Shown: positions 47,790-64,000 of the stretch, piece by piece
How positions within the stretch are numbered: position 1 is the stretch's first letter
Layout of the letters: every line of letters starts with the position of its first letter
DNA from: Zygnema circumcarinatum SAG 698-1b
Taxonomy: Eukaryota; Plantae; Zygnematophyceae
Assembly: GCA_037447605.1 (NCBI GenBank)
Contig: CM074812.1
Location: forward strand, 868,001-932,000
DNA: 64,000 nucleotides
Direction of reading: 5' to 3'
The notes under the pieces: generated by a model
Databases searched by the model: none
What the model saw: the letters and a program-made list of their open reading frames with translations, nothing else
Told to the model about the DNA's origin: nothing
Made by a program: the position numbers and the translations under genes

Positions 47790-49420
47790 GTACCGTTGTC
47801 AGCTGAATCGTATCGTTCCGTTGTCAATTGTATCGTATCGTACCTTCGTCAGTTGTTACGTAATTGTAGAGTTGTCAATTGTATCGTATGGTACCGTTGT
47901 TAATTGTATCGTGTCGTACCGTTGTCAGTTGTAGCGTATCGTACCGTTTTCAGTTGTATCGTATCGTACCGTTTTCAGTTGAATCGTATTGTACCGTTGT
48001 TTATTCTATCGTATCGTACCGTTATCAGTTGTATCGTATTGTACTGTTATCAGTTGTATCGTATCGTAATCGGTGATATCGTATTGTACCGTTGTCGATT
48101 CTATCGTATTGTATCATTGATTTGTGTATCGAACCGTATTGCTGTCAGTTACATCGTGTCGTACCGTTATCAGTTGTATCGTATTGTTTGTATCGTACCG
48201 TATCGCTCATAACTATATTGTTCGTACAGATGTATCGTATCGTACGATAGCCGATTGTATCGTAGCGTATTGTACCGTTGTCAGTTGTATCGTATTGTAT
48301 CGTTCTCGATTGTATCTTACTGTACCGTTGTCAGCTGTATCGTATCGTACCGTTGCAATTATGTATCGTATCGTATCGTTACCAATTGTGTCGTATCGTA
48401 CTGTTGTTAGTAGTATCGTATTGTACCGTAGTCAGATGTATCGTATTGTACCGTTGTCAGTTGTATCGTATCGTACTGTTGTTATATGTATCGTATTGTA
48501 CCGTTGTCAATTGTATCATATCATACTGTTGTCAGCCTTATAGTATCGTACCGCAGTCAGTTGTATCGTATTGTACCGTTCTTGATTGTATCGTATTGTA
48601 CCGTTGTCAGTTGCATCGTGTTATACCGCTGTCAGTTGTATCGTATTGTACCGTCATCAATTGTATCGTATTGTACCGTTGTCAATAGTAGCGTATCGTA
48701 CCGTTATGAGATTGTATCGTATAAAAGTTGAGTGCCTGTACCAATCACAGTTTGCCACGTCTAAAAAAGGCACGCGGCAGATGGTGATTGGTTCAAGCTC
48801 CGTTGTCAATTGTATCGTATTGTACCGTTTCCAGTTGTATCGTATTGTACATTTGTCAGTTGTAACGTATCGTACTGGTGTCAGTTGCATCGTATTGTAC
48901 CGTTGTCGATTGTATCGTATCGTACCGTCGTCAGTTGCATCGTGTTGTACCGCTATCAGTTCTGTCGTACTGTACCGTCATCGGTTGTATCGTATTGTAC
49001 CGTTGTCAATTGTATCGTAACGTACCGTTGTAATATTGTATCGTATTGTACCGTTGTCAGTTGTATCGTATTGTACCGTTGCCAGTTGTATCGTATTGTA
49101 CTGTTGTCAGTTGTATAGTATCGTACTGGTGTCAGTTGTATCGTATTGTACCGTTGTCAGTTGTATCGTTTTGTACCGTTGTCGATTGTATCGTGTTGTA
49201 CCGTTCTTTAGTGTATCGTATCGTACCGTTGACAGCTGTATCGTCTTGTACCGTTGTCGATTGTAGCGTATCGTACTGCTGTCGGCTGTATAGTGTCGTA
49301 CCGTTATCAATTGTATCGTATTGTACCGTCATCAATTGTATCGTTTCGTACTGTTGTCAGTTGTACCGTATCGTACCGTTGTTATTTGTATCGTATCGTA
49401 TTGTTGGCATTTGTATCGAG
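47790..49420 (+). repeat. about 1.6-kb diverged tandem array of a 25-bp unit (GTATCGTATTGTACCGTTGTCAGTT), roughly 60 copies
   Basis: The unit is seen intact, for example around 49038-49087. The array is interrupted by unique sequence at 48721-48801. Confidence 0.92.
48741..48791. promoter_or_regulatory. inverted pair of CCAAT-N9-CCACG-like elements embedded in the satellite
   Basis: Exact on +; CCAAT-N9-CCGCG on -. ACCAATCAC/GTGATTGGT form a perfect 9-bp stem. Confidence 0.5.
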
Positions 49421-49591
49421 CTGAACCGGCGGCCGGACCACCCTCTCCGGAGCAAGCGTCACGGCATTCCATGTGCATAAGTGCGGGATGCCTTGGCAGA
49501 AGAGCAGGCGAACAAGGGCGGGGATGTAGGCGAAAGGTTTTCATAGATAATAAAAATACGATAAAAAAAAAAACAAAAGAGATAGAGAGTC

Positions 49592-49663
49592 GTTTTTAGT
49601 CTATTTACAGCTTCTGCTATGGCTTCGGTTTTTAGTCTATTCACAGCTTCTGCTATGGCTTCG
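49592..49663 (+). repeat. 36-bp tandem duplication
   Basis: GTTTTTAGTCTATT(T/C)ACAGCTTCTGCTATGGCTTCG x2, one mismatch. Confidence 0.9.
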
Positions 49664-50370
49664 ACTGTGAGGCTGCAGAGCCTCTTCAAGAGTACGGGCT
49701 TGACTAGCAAGCTTGATGATGGCTGTCTTCGCCTGAGAAAGTGAAGGACAGGGGCGGTTTCCTGACCAGACAGGCATTCAAGTCGAAGGCATGCATCAAT
49801 ATTGCCCCTAGTCGTCTGCTAAGTGGCCTAATGAGTAAAACCTTCAAAGGACGTTGGTGCACATATTACTTGCTTCTGTAATAAGAGGGCGACGAGCTTT
49901 TCTGTTTTTTGCAGACAGAGACCGAAAGCGCATGATGGCATTATGTCGCTTGATCCGTCCTTCACTGCAATGCGCAATAGCGATTAGAAAGAGTGTCGCC
50001 TGCCAGGCTTATGAAGGTGAACCACGAAAAGGTTTGAGCGGCAGAGGCTGACAGCAGTGCTGTTTAGAGAGTCTGCGTTCCGTCCATCCAGCGCTGCGTT
50101 GCCTTCGGTTGACCTTGCGCGGCCACACTTCGCTGCTTCTGAACCGGCGAGGAGGGACAGGAGGAGGCACAATATGAAGTAGAGTTAAGCACATGTTAAA
50201 AGTCGACAGAGGCCTCTCCGCCGGCAATTTGCGACTGCATGCAGTGCCAGTAACAATGAGCAGAACAAGCAAACTTAGGGGCCTACAAGCTGTCGTGTTC
50301 GATGTGTCTCGTCACGTACTGCGCAGTAGGCAGCCAGCCCACCATTGCTAGGAAGTTAGAAACAATGAAC

Positions 50371-50506
50371 ATGAACACCAACAACAACATGAACAACTTT
50401 CCATTCATTACATATCCACGTGATTCCCATATAACAGAATGAACACCAACAACAACATGAACAACTTTCCATTCATTACATATCCACGTGATTCCCATAT
50501 AACAGA
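50371..50506 (+). repeat. 68-bp tandem duplication
   Basis: ATGAACACCAACAACAACATGAAC...CCCATATAACAGA x2. Confidence 0.9.
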
Positions 50507-50921
50507 ATGACAGAAAGGACGACGGCCACGTCCTCGGCCCATAACATTCCACTGCCCTGCACTGTCCCAGAAACGGACCCGCGCTCCTTCCTGCGCGCAG
50601 ACAGCCCCTGCAAACATTCTCGTTCTTCCCCCGCCTAGCAAAAGCTAATGCCACCACATGCGGTTATTTACAGGCGTACGTTGGCAATCGACTAAATCTG
50701 AGTAACTACCTAACTACTCATACTCAGCTACCTCGCAGTCATGCGGGGGCTCCTAACAGAACAATAACTATGTTACAAATAACCTAAAATATGAAATGAT
50801 TCCCCTTACCCATCTTACTAAACGCTTCTATTCCCTCCCTCCCTCTCTCCCTCCCTCCCTCACTCCCCACCAGACCAGGAGGAGGTGAGCGAGGAACCGA
50901 AAGCCTGAGGTATGTATCCCC

Positions 50922-55171
<4,250 letters not shown>

Positions 55172-55385
55172 GGCTTCTCTGAAATGACAATCAAGAAACC
55201 ATGGTCGCTGCGCTCTCCTCAGGACAGAAGCGCAGGGCTTCCCTTCCCACAGTGCGGGCCCCAACTGTACAATGTTCTAGAAGCCATGGCTGCACGAGCT
55301 CAAGCAGAGCTCGCAGGTGCAGAGCCCCCGCTTTGCAGGTCCGGCCATTGGAGCGTACGGATCGCCACATGTGCAAAATATCTGG

Positions 55386-55393
55386 AAACCCTA
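55386..55393 (+). promoter_or_regulatory. telo-box in the shared START/HNH divergent promoter
   Basis: Exact AAACCCTA. Confidence 0.4.
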
Positions 55394-55602
55394 AAAATCG
55401 CCAAACCTTTCCGAACCCGGAAAGTGCAGATATGATATGGGAAGATGCGTGTATGATATTGTCCCCCGTTGACGCATTACATCACATTACGCACTACAGG
55501 AGACCGTACTTTTCCTTCTCATTTTCTTGCCCTAAAGTCACAGAACTAACACAAAGTGGGCAGGTTTAGAATTGAAATTAGCAGCAGCTTTCCACATTCG
55601 CC

Positions 55603-57905
55603 ATGGATGCAGAGAGCGAGCAGGGCGCAGCAGAGCAGCTGGATGACAGTGTAGGGTCTGCGGGGAGAGAAAGGGAGAAGGAGAGGGCGAGGCTGCGGAT
55701 TTTTGATGCAAAGATGAGAAGTGCATGTTGGGAGAAAGCAGATGTAGTTGCAGGCCGCCATCCGGAGAGGTGGAGGAGGGACGCTGCAGGCAACACAGTG
55801 TGCCGGAAGTTTGTGGGCTGTCAGGGCTGCCTCTGCTACGAGTACGACCACATTGTGCCTTTCTCTAAAGGTATTGTCACTCTATGCGAGAGAGAGTGGT
55901 AGTGGTTTTTGGGCTTGTTATTCTTGGTCCTGAAGCTGAACTTCATTGGATCTCTCCACTGTTGGGTCTCTTCCACTCTCTGCCTCTCTGTGTGCTCTCG
56001 CGCGTCACCCTCTTTCAAGTCTCGCTTCCTTTGTCATTACCTCTCTCATTCCCTTTGTCCGATCACTCTCCTCACTTTTTTATTTACTCCCTCGTCCACT
56101 TTCGCCTCCTTTCACTCGTTCATCCTCTTCCGTCCACAAACTCGTTCTCTTCATATACAGTTTTTTTCCCGTTTTCCGTTCTTCTCCATCCTCCCGTCTC
56201 TCCTTAATCTCCCTCTATGTTCTACAGGCCTTCTCTCTCTTTTGTCAAACTCCTCTTGCTCTCTATTCTCGTCCTCCCATTTCCCTGTCAAATTCTTATG
56301 CTTATCATAGAAACCCCTTTCGTCATCCTCCGCACTGCTCATTCTCTACTTCGCCTGGGTGGTGATGCAGTTGGGGTGCCTATAGAGGCCAAACCCCAGC
56401 CATAGTCCATCTGCAGACCTTCATCCATTCATGCCGTCTTTGACACTTCAGAGGACAGCTGTTGCGCAATATCACAAGCAGGTGCTCTCCCTTGCTGGAA
56501 AGCCAGTGTCCATTCCTCTCTACGCTTGGTCTGCTGGAGAAGTGGTTGCTGCAAGGCACAGCTGGGGGGAGCTTATGTCCTCAATATATGGCATACTGAC
56601 TTATGAAGGGAACCATCCTGCCCTTGCCACCGTCATATAATTTCGAAAATGGATTGTAGGCGGTGGCTTCCTATTGCCGCCCTGGGGTTTTCTGGAAAGC
56701 AGTTCATCAAAGGGTGGAATTGACATTGTGAAAAAGCTACCGGCTGGAATATCTCTAGTTCATACAATGCTGTTTCTGCCAATTTGAATTTTAAAGCTGC
56801 ATTCTAAGTTCTTCCATTCCAAGCAGTTTCTCGAGCTTTCATGCCAGCCTTAGTTCTGCACTCTTCAGCTGCCTTTAAGTCCTGTAATCGACATACTTAC
56901 AACTGAAACAGAGATTCTCTACGAGCTTTTTAACTGTGCTTCTCACTGGTTCAGGAAGCTCAGCGAGCCTCCACGAGTCCTTTGTCAACAATGGATGTCC
57001 TTGTTCATTTTCGTACTGCAGTTTCTGGGTCTGTAGGGTTTAGCTGTGTAACTGCATTCGAAGTTTCATCCAATTGACAGTTTCGATTGTCAGTTTTTCT
57101 TCACGTAGATATTTTTAGGGGATCCCAAATCTTTTTTTCTCAGCATTCGGATAGCGATATCTTCCCTAGGAAAACAGATGGGTATGTCCTTGGTGTTTTT
57201 TCCCTATGGTATGCAGGAAGGAGATGGTGGAGTTCTGGGATGAATGTAAAGGTGTGAGCTTTTGCATGTGTGGTGCAGGCGGCAACACAGAGGTGAGCAA
57301 CTGCCAGATTCTGCAAACTCGAGTGAACCGCATGAAGGGAGATAAGGAGGATGTGGGCAGGGACCACATGCGGAACTATTCCTGCAACCTGCAAATTAGA
57401 GGTGAGTTAATGGGGCCTGTCTCTCCTGGCTCTCCCTCTGCCTTTTCCTGTCTTCCCTCCTCTCCCCTGTCTCCCTCCCTCTCTCCCTCCTTTTCCCTAT
57501 CCTTCTCCCGTTCTACGTCTCCCTCTCCCTTCACTCTCAGCCCTTCTCCCTCTGTCCCTCCCCACACTCTCTCTCTCCCTCGCCCTCTCCCTCATTCTCT
57601 CTCTCCGTGACACCTCTGTACACTTCAGGAAACGCAGCCCCCTTTACACACACCACTCTGACTCCTCCTGTACATATACAGCTTTGCGTACAGACAGTTT
57701 TGTGTTCACCCTTTGTGTGGTGTGGGCCGTGGCAGACCGAGAAATGGACATGGTCGAGATGGCGGTGTATGGTAACGTCATTCGGCCGGGCCTCCAGTGC
57801 CGAGTGAAGAGCGTGGCAGAGGCTGCAGGCATCATCTCTGCCAAAGCGAAGGACCTCCAGACAGCCTGCGAACTTCCCCACTCAGAGCCACCAAAGGGTT
57901 TGTAG
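55603..57905 (+). CDS. plant HNH endonuclease-domain protein (At1g18680/At3g47490-like), 186 aa
   Basis: join(55603-55870, 57279-57401, 57736-57905) = 561 nt. CWEKADVVAGRHPERWRRDAAGN...GCLCYEYDHIVPFSKGG..EVSNCQILQTRVNRMKG...EMAVYGNVIRPGLQCR. Confidence 0.9.
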
Positions 57906-58573
57906 TCACATGCAGTTCAGTACAATTTTGCTCCTCTTCCATTCGGCTTAGCTCCAGTAACGTTCTGTTCGTTATTCAGTTAAGACTTGTAACGGTTTTG
58001 TATCATTTGGCATAGTCATACATGAGAAAGGAACATGAGGAGGCGAATGCGCTCAAAGAGCTTCACGTGAAATTTCACGGCGGAAAGAATCTCCCATCAG
58101 ATCCACATGTCAGTGCTGCTGTTGATGTTAATGTTATATGACATTGGAGTTGAGAAAAATGAGCCCTTGACTGATCAAAATTCCTTGGACACTTTTATCC
58201 TCTCAAGTGTTGAAAGCTATGTCTCTTTGCACTTCAATGCCCCTCCTATACACTGCTTGCTGCTCTAAGCTCCATCGCTGCACATCGAACCCGGCTGGAA
58301 ATATGCCCCTGTGCGGAAGAAGTCTCCCTAGCGCCTCTACAATGTCTCGTTCCAAGTTCGTAAAAAACCTGAGCAAAACCTGACCTGACGATATCGTTTC
58401 TTTTGTCAAAGGGGAATCTCTACTCTTTCTTTCTGCAATCCTCCACCTATTCGCAATCTCCAAAAGCTCGTTGATGAAGGCCAGTTCTGTAAGCATTTCA
58501 GGAGGTTTCTCCATGCAGCAGGATAGTCTGGTTGGAATGGTAGGAAACGCCTAATGTCATTGAATGCTCCCCA

Positions 58574-60573
58574 CTATGCAGCAGCTGCAAGCTCATCAGC
58601 CTTCACTGCTTCCTTGATAAGTTCAATCAGAGTTCGAAGCACATCCTTCCGGTTCTCCTCCCTATCCCTAAATCTGTACAACACAACCCACAGAAAAAAT
58701 AGGAAGAGCTATAAGAATTCACAAGAATCAGAGAGAGTTATTGGCCCCTGAAATGATGGTCTTTCTACAACAATTCCCTCTTTCTCTTTCTCTCTCCCTC
58801 TCCCCATCCCCCACTCTCCTCCTCCCCCCCTTCCCTCCCTCTCTCCCTCTCTCGCTCGCTCGCTCTCCCTCTCTCTCTTTCCCTCTCTCACCTTTCGCTG
58901 ATGATCGTTAGCTCGTCACGCCCGGGATGATACCTCTTGCCCACCATGACAAGCAGCCGCTCCTTCGCTAAACTTGAGAGCTCCAAGTGTGACACCGTCA
59001 CACTGACCTTCACCTTGCGATTGGCTGGATGCCATGCATTGCCACCTGGACCGAGGATCATACGCGTCTCCCATCTCAGCTCAGGCCCGTCCTCCTGCTC
59101 AGGGGTTCGGCCAATCTCCACCTCCCCTTCCCTCAAGGCGTCGTCTGCACTTCAAGAAAAGGACGACCACATTTGAAGAGTAGATCAGTTGTTTGCCTTC
59201 CACGACAAGCCCACTCTAACCAGCTCTGTTGAAGGTCTCAAGAATGAAGGTTTGCCGTCAAGCCATGGGAGCAAGGAGAGGCGAAGTGCTATTTGCATCG
59301 TTCTGATTCTGTTCAACCCTTACAGATGATTCAATCGTCAGCAACATCTTGGCTACCCACAAAACCATTTTGTTTTTCCTTTCTACAAGTTCAGGCTCCT
59401 CCTTGAAAGGACACAAACAGGACTGTCTACCTCAATAAGGGTGAAAGATATGTCCGATTCTGCATAAGATGTCTCATACCTGAGAGCATCCCCATCAGGG
59501 TTTTGTGTCCCATCCATTCCTCCACCATCCCTCTCGCATTATAAATGTGAGAATCTACTTCTGGAAAATCTTCCAGTTCGTCCTCTATATCGTGCTGGTA
59601 GGTTCCATACTTTTCCTTCTTCCGCATTCGCTTCGGTTTCTCTATAACCTCTTCGGGTGGCGCTGCTTCTGATTGCTGCTGGCTCTCCACATTTCCTGGC
59701 TGACCGCCTGCAACCAAAGCCGCGTTTTCATGAATTGAAAGGTTGAAAGCCTAAAATAGCTTGATTTTTATCTGAATATCTAATGCGTGGATGTTGCGAC
59801 CAGTTAAAAAGGACCAGTATTGAAATCACTCTCATTTACTGCAGTATTCCACTGACTTGCATTTTGAATCTCCTTAAAAATAGCTAGTTTTGATAAACGG
59901 GATGATAACTGTCATGAAAACTTCAATTGTCTACATCTCGGGCCATATAGCTGCCGTAATCGAGCCCGAAATAGTCAGCCCTATTATAGATGTTTTGGAA
60001 AACCTGCAGCAATATCCTTTTGTAATTCTTGGCGAATATAGGTAAGCATTCTGGCAGTCCAAGCGACAGAAATTCCACATAAGAATTAAACACGAGTCCA
60101 AACCCTAAATCGCCTGCAGAAGCCATTCCGGATTCCTTACAAATGCAAACTCAGCCAATCTTGCAAAGTGGTCCTTTGGTCATAAATGCAAAAAAACTAC
60201 AGTAAAAGCTTTGTCTCATCTTTCCGCAAAGTTTAGGGGTCCATACGAAATTCTTGCTAGCAATAACGGTTTGGAATGACGCAAAGGCTGCTCTACTTTT
60301 ATTGCAAATACCTTCAGTGATGTCTGATGACATTCTGCACGCACTTGCAGACACGCCTCTCGACTGCTGCCATCCATGGAGTGGGGCTTTTGAGCTCCCA
60401 GGGAAGCTACAACGCACAAAACCACCAGAGCAGGCCTCTGCAATCTGACAAGCAGAAGGCACCCATGGCCTCCCACGCTGCTGCTGCTGCTGCCATGTGG
60501 ACGACGGAGATGAGGCCGCCGCTTGCAGGCCGCTACGGGAGCGCCATAGCGCTCGCAGCATGCGAGACGCCAT
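58574..60573 (-). CDS. MRPS35: mitochondrial ribosomal protein mS35 (MRP-S28 domain)
   Basis: join(60312-60573, 59480-59707, 58892-59144, 58574-58673). Presequence MASRMLRALWRSR; WHPANRKVKVSVTV..L..LVGKRYHPGRDELTIISERFRDREENRKDVLRTL. Confidence 0.9.
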
Positions 60574-60897
60574 GGTCTCTCTCGGATGGAGTGAGATGGT
60601 ACGGGAGAAGCGAGAGGATTTCTGGACGAAAACAAATTAGGTCAAAGCTCCTATCTCTTGTCCTCCCTCCGTCTCCCCTCCCTCTCTCTCCCACTCTCTT
60701 CCTCTCCCTCTTTTTCCTCAACCTTCTCTTCCTTCCCCCGGCCTCCTTCTCACTCTCCTCCTCCCCCCTTTCCTCCCCTCGCTGTCCCCCCCGTTCCTTC
60801 TCCTTCTTCCCCCGCCTTATCCTCTCCTCTCTTTTTCATCCTTCCCTTTTCCCTCGTCCCTCGCCCTATCCCTCTCCCTCTCCTCGCCCGCTCCGCC

Positions 60898-62957
60898 ATG
60901 TTTTACGAGCTGGGCATGGCTGCCGCCAGCAGCCGCGACTCGCAGGCTCGGCGGGAGCTCCTTGCAGCCGCCCTGCGGCTGGGCTACCACGGGGCTGCCA
61001 CGTGTCACACTGTGGTGGGGCAGCTGGCCCTGCAGGACGCCTGCTCGGTCTCTTCTCTACCGCTGGACACTCTTCTGGCAGCTGCTTCTGCTGCACCTCA
61101 AAATCCGAAGAATCTCCAGGTGATCATTCCCCTGTGTGCGATCATACAATGTATTGCGGTTGACTGAAGTCCTGGTAGCTTGTGGGAGTAGTTGTGTGAA
61201 GTCCTTGTAGCTTGAGCTTTTGCATGTTTTTCCTGCACATTCTGTTGAGTACTCTGCTCTGCTCTTGTGGCAAGTTGGGATCACGGAAAAATCTTCAGTT
61301 GCACAGGATTAGGGAGATGAAGCAGCGAGAGAAGGATTACTTGGGTGTTAGGGGAACTCTTTCTCTTCTGTTGCTCAACCCTATACCTTGAATCCTAACC
61401 CCTAAAGCAACAATTGGGAACGATGCTCTCGGAATCCTATTAATCTTTTGTTGTTCATATGTGCATCGCCTCAACTCTTCAGGGCCTTGTGAAGAAGGAG
61501 AATGAGCGGACCTTCAAGCAATTTAATAGACTCACGGTGGTTGCCTCGGACGTCACTCATGTAAATGCTTTGAATGTTTCAAATGTGGTGGTGCAATCAT
61601 ATGACTTGGTGGCGATCAGGCCGACCAATCTGAAGGCCTTTGCACGAGCATGTACCAATGCAGAGGTATAATTTACTACCGTCTTTTTGGATATAGAGCT
61701 TTTTCTTTTATTGAGATCTTTTAATCAGGTTGACTCTGATCCAAGAAGTGAACCAGGATTCTAGTTTTAAGTTACGCAAGCAGCGTATGTTTGTAACTGC
61801 ATGGAACTCTACAGTACTCTTTGTCCTACTCTACTTTCGTATTCTAAAACTGTGAAAACTTTTGGTCAACATTCCTCATTCGCATTCCTCCTGCAGTTAT
61901 GCTATCTTGCAAAGCATCCTAAAACATCTTTTCGTAATGACCGGAAGCAAGTACTACTTTCCACAAGTGACGAAAGGAATAAGTAGACTACCTTCCATCG
62001 TTCCAGGCCCCTGGTTGATAGATTTCTGGTCTCATATGAAGGTTTTTGGTCAACAACCCTTGTCAATCATGTGTGCACATGCATGTCTTTTTTTCGAATG
62101 AACCGTATCTGCTCTCTCTGGCTGTGTGAGCAGGACATGTTCAGACAGTGCAAAATGCAAGTGAAAGAGTGCGGAGCCCTGCAAGGCGTCCAATCGAAAT
62201 TTCGAAGTTTCGATTCGAATCGAAACGAATCACGAGTTGGAGTCGGTTTGCTTTGAAGGCCTCTGAACGAATGCTCTGCTTCTGGTTCAGGTCGACATCA
62301 TCAGCGTCGATCTCAGCAGCCGATTGCCATTTCGCTTCCACAGGCCCATGCTCGATGCAGCCATTCAGGTACAGCTCTGCGATTTCATTCGATTTGACTT
62401 CATCTATTGATCCATTTATGCCTTTTTTTGTGTCTCCGCGCCGCCTTACTCGGATTCACCAACGCAGCAGAGGCAGATCAGGACTATCATATTCCAGGTT
62501 TTTTTTTTGGTGTTGTCTTGTGCGGGGTGAAACCTATTGCTGAGAGATCCCGATGTTGAAAGCATCAACATCAAGAAATGTCATCACCAGTGCTTGATTG
62601 AGGGCTGCTATGTGCTGACTTTGTTGTTTGCTGGTATTTCAAATGCAGAAGGGTATTTTTTTTGAGATCACATATTCAGCAGCCCTTCGAGATGTAGGAG
62701 CGAGAAGGCAGCTCTTTGCAAACGCACAGGTTAGTCGTTTTTGCTAGGCCCAAGGTTTGTTTCATGCTTTGTATTATTATGTTTTCAAAACCGGGAAGGT
62801 GTTATCCCCAAACTCTAACAGACAGGCGCTAAAGGACATCAGCATATATTTTGGTTGTGATGCGTGATAGCATCATCTCATCTTGGTTGATATGTGATCG
62901 TTTATGATTGGGATGCGATGCTGAAGAGAAGATGATGATGATGATGATGAAGATGAA

Positions 62958-62994
<37 letters not shown>

Positions 62995-64000
62995 CGTGAT
63001 GTTAAGGAGCGTTATGTGGCTCTGCTTGAGCAGATGCTGTACGACATGACGCGAGGGCGCAACATCATTGTGAGCAGCGGAGCCCTTCAAGTGGCGGAGC
63101 TTCGCGGGCCCTACGATGCTGCGAACTTGGCCACGCTCTTTGGGTTTGACGCCAAGGGAGGGAGAGACGCTCTCTCGCACAATTGCATGTAAGCCCCGAT
63201 TTCTGATCACTTTCGTTCGTTGTTCTCTACTCTGGAGCACATCAGGTACAGAAAAATAGGTATGGTTGAACAGCTCAAATCAACTGCACACTTTCTGTAG
63301 CACTCTTTACTGCTAATAACGAGTATTTTGAGGTTGATGTGAACCATACCCAAGGTCGTAATCGTCATGTACCTTGTAGAAGGAACCCTGATTATGCAGT
63401 CTGATGTAACTCATATCTAACACGTATCATGAATTGGGTAAATTCCAGGGCTGTCCTTGCACGGAGTGAAGAAAGGAGGACCGCTTTTAAGGCCATAAAA
63501 GTTGAGAAGCTTCCGCAGCTTACCCCAGACCCTCCCTCTCTCCATTCAAAGCCTCGGGGCTCTCCTGCTGCAGCCAACCCCTCATATACCTTTGTGATTC
63601 CCAAAGAGTGGGATCCTCCTCAAGCTCCAAAAGCCACTGCTGCTTCGCCCTCTACTTTAGGTCACTCTCCTTTCAGAACAGGGGGAAGGGGCCCTACCCC
63701 TAGAGGGCCTCAGCTGAATGCTACCCCTCCGCAGAGCTCCTTCCCTTTCAGAAGAGATGGAGCTCTGTCTATGGAGGGTGGTTCAGTGCGGCCTTCAGAC
63801 AATACTGGAGGGCTGCACCTTGCAGGGAGTAAGAGGAGTACAGTAGAGGCTGTGGGAGAGCAGGCATTCCAAGATGATGGCTTCATTCCAATGGACCTTG
63901 ATCAGTATGATAATAATACAGAGCGGATGCGATCGAGCAGGAACTTGCAAAGTAAGTCAAGTCAGGCGGCAATGAGAGGATGGGGCTCACAAGGGGCGCT
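60898..64000 (+). CDS. RPP30: RNase P/MRP subunit p30 (RPP30/GAF1); runs off the window end
   Basis: Exons 60898-61119, 61483-61665, 62291-62368, 62649-62729, 63034-63188, 63449->64000. Motifs LGYHGAA, QFNRLTV, SYDLVAIRP, VDIISVDLSSRLPFRF, GIFFEITYSAALRD, TRGRNIIVSSGA and LRGPYDAANLATLFG. Confidence 0.92.
62931..62994 (+). repeat. (GAT/ATG)n microsatellite in RPP30 intron 4
   Basis: About 21 triplets; yields a poly-Met reading frame. Confidence 0.9.

Noticed and set aside
47879-49480. YRIV/SYCT-rich ORFs as proteins
   Set aside because: They are translations of the 25-bp satellite in all frames.
50811-50823. Perfect TACTAAC branch point
   Set aside because: The sequence is actually TACTAAAC.
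56431-56640. 69-codon ORF in HNH intron 1
   Set aside because: Short, with no motif and no supporting splice structure.
55603-57905. Mobile homing endonuclease or horizontal transfer
   Set aside because: The gene has spliceosomal introns and matches a conserved plant HNH family along its whole length.

Overview
Intron-rich eukaryotic nuclear DNA from a green plant lineage. The genes match streptophyte families; a charophyte alga or non-seed plant is my inference, not something I can prove. I can support about 13 protein-coding genes, mostly assembled by hand from GT-AG exons: MOS1 (partial, -), an intronless OB-fold/CCCH/SAM-methyltransferase gene (+), a RIN4/NOI-family gene (+), an unidentified membrane-anchored protein (-), ZMAT2/Snu23 (+), a truncated MECR-like protein (-), DAWDLE/SNIP1 (+), DCP5/LSM14 (+), an NPK1/ANP-type MAPKKK (+), an At5g08720-like START/cyclase protein (-), a plant HNH protein (+), mitoribosomal mS35 (-) and RPP30 (partial, +). 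Non-coding DNA holds MITE-like elements, two non-LTR RT relics, a 46-bp and a 25-bp tandem array, intronic TTAGGG-type arrays and many GA/CT microsatellites. The strongest leads are: (1) a RIN4-like protein with three NOI motifs; (2) an inverted pair of CCAAT-N9-CCACG (ERSE-like) elements recurring six times; (3) a mitochondrion-targeted MECR-like protein reduced to its Rossmann domain; (4) the intronless OB-CCCH-methyltransferase. I found no rRNA, tRNA or CRISPR array. All homology calls are from recall of family motifs; no search was run.
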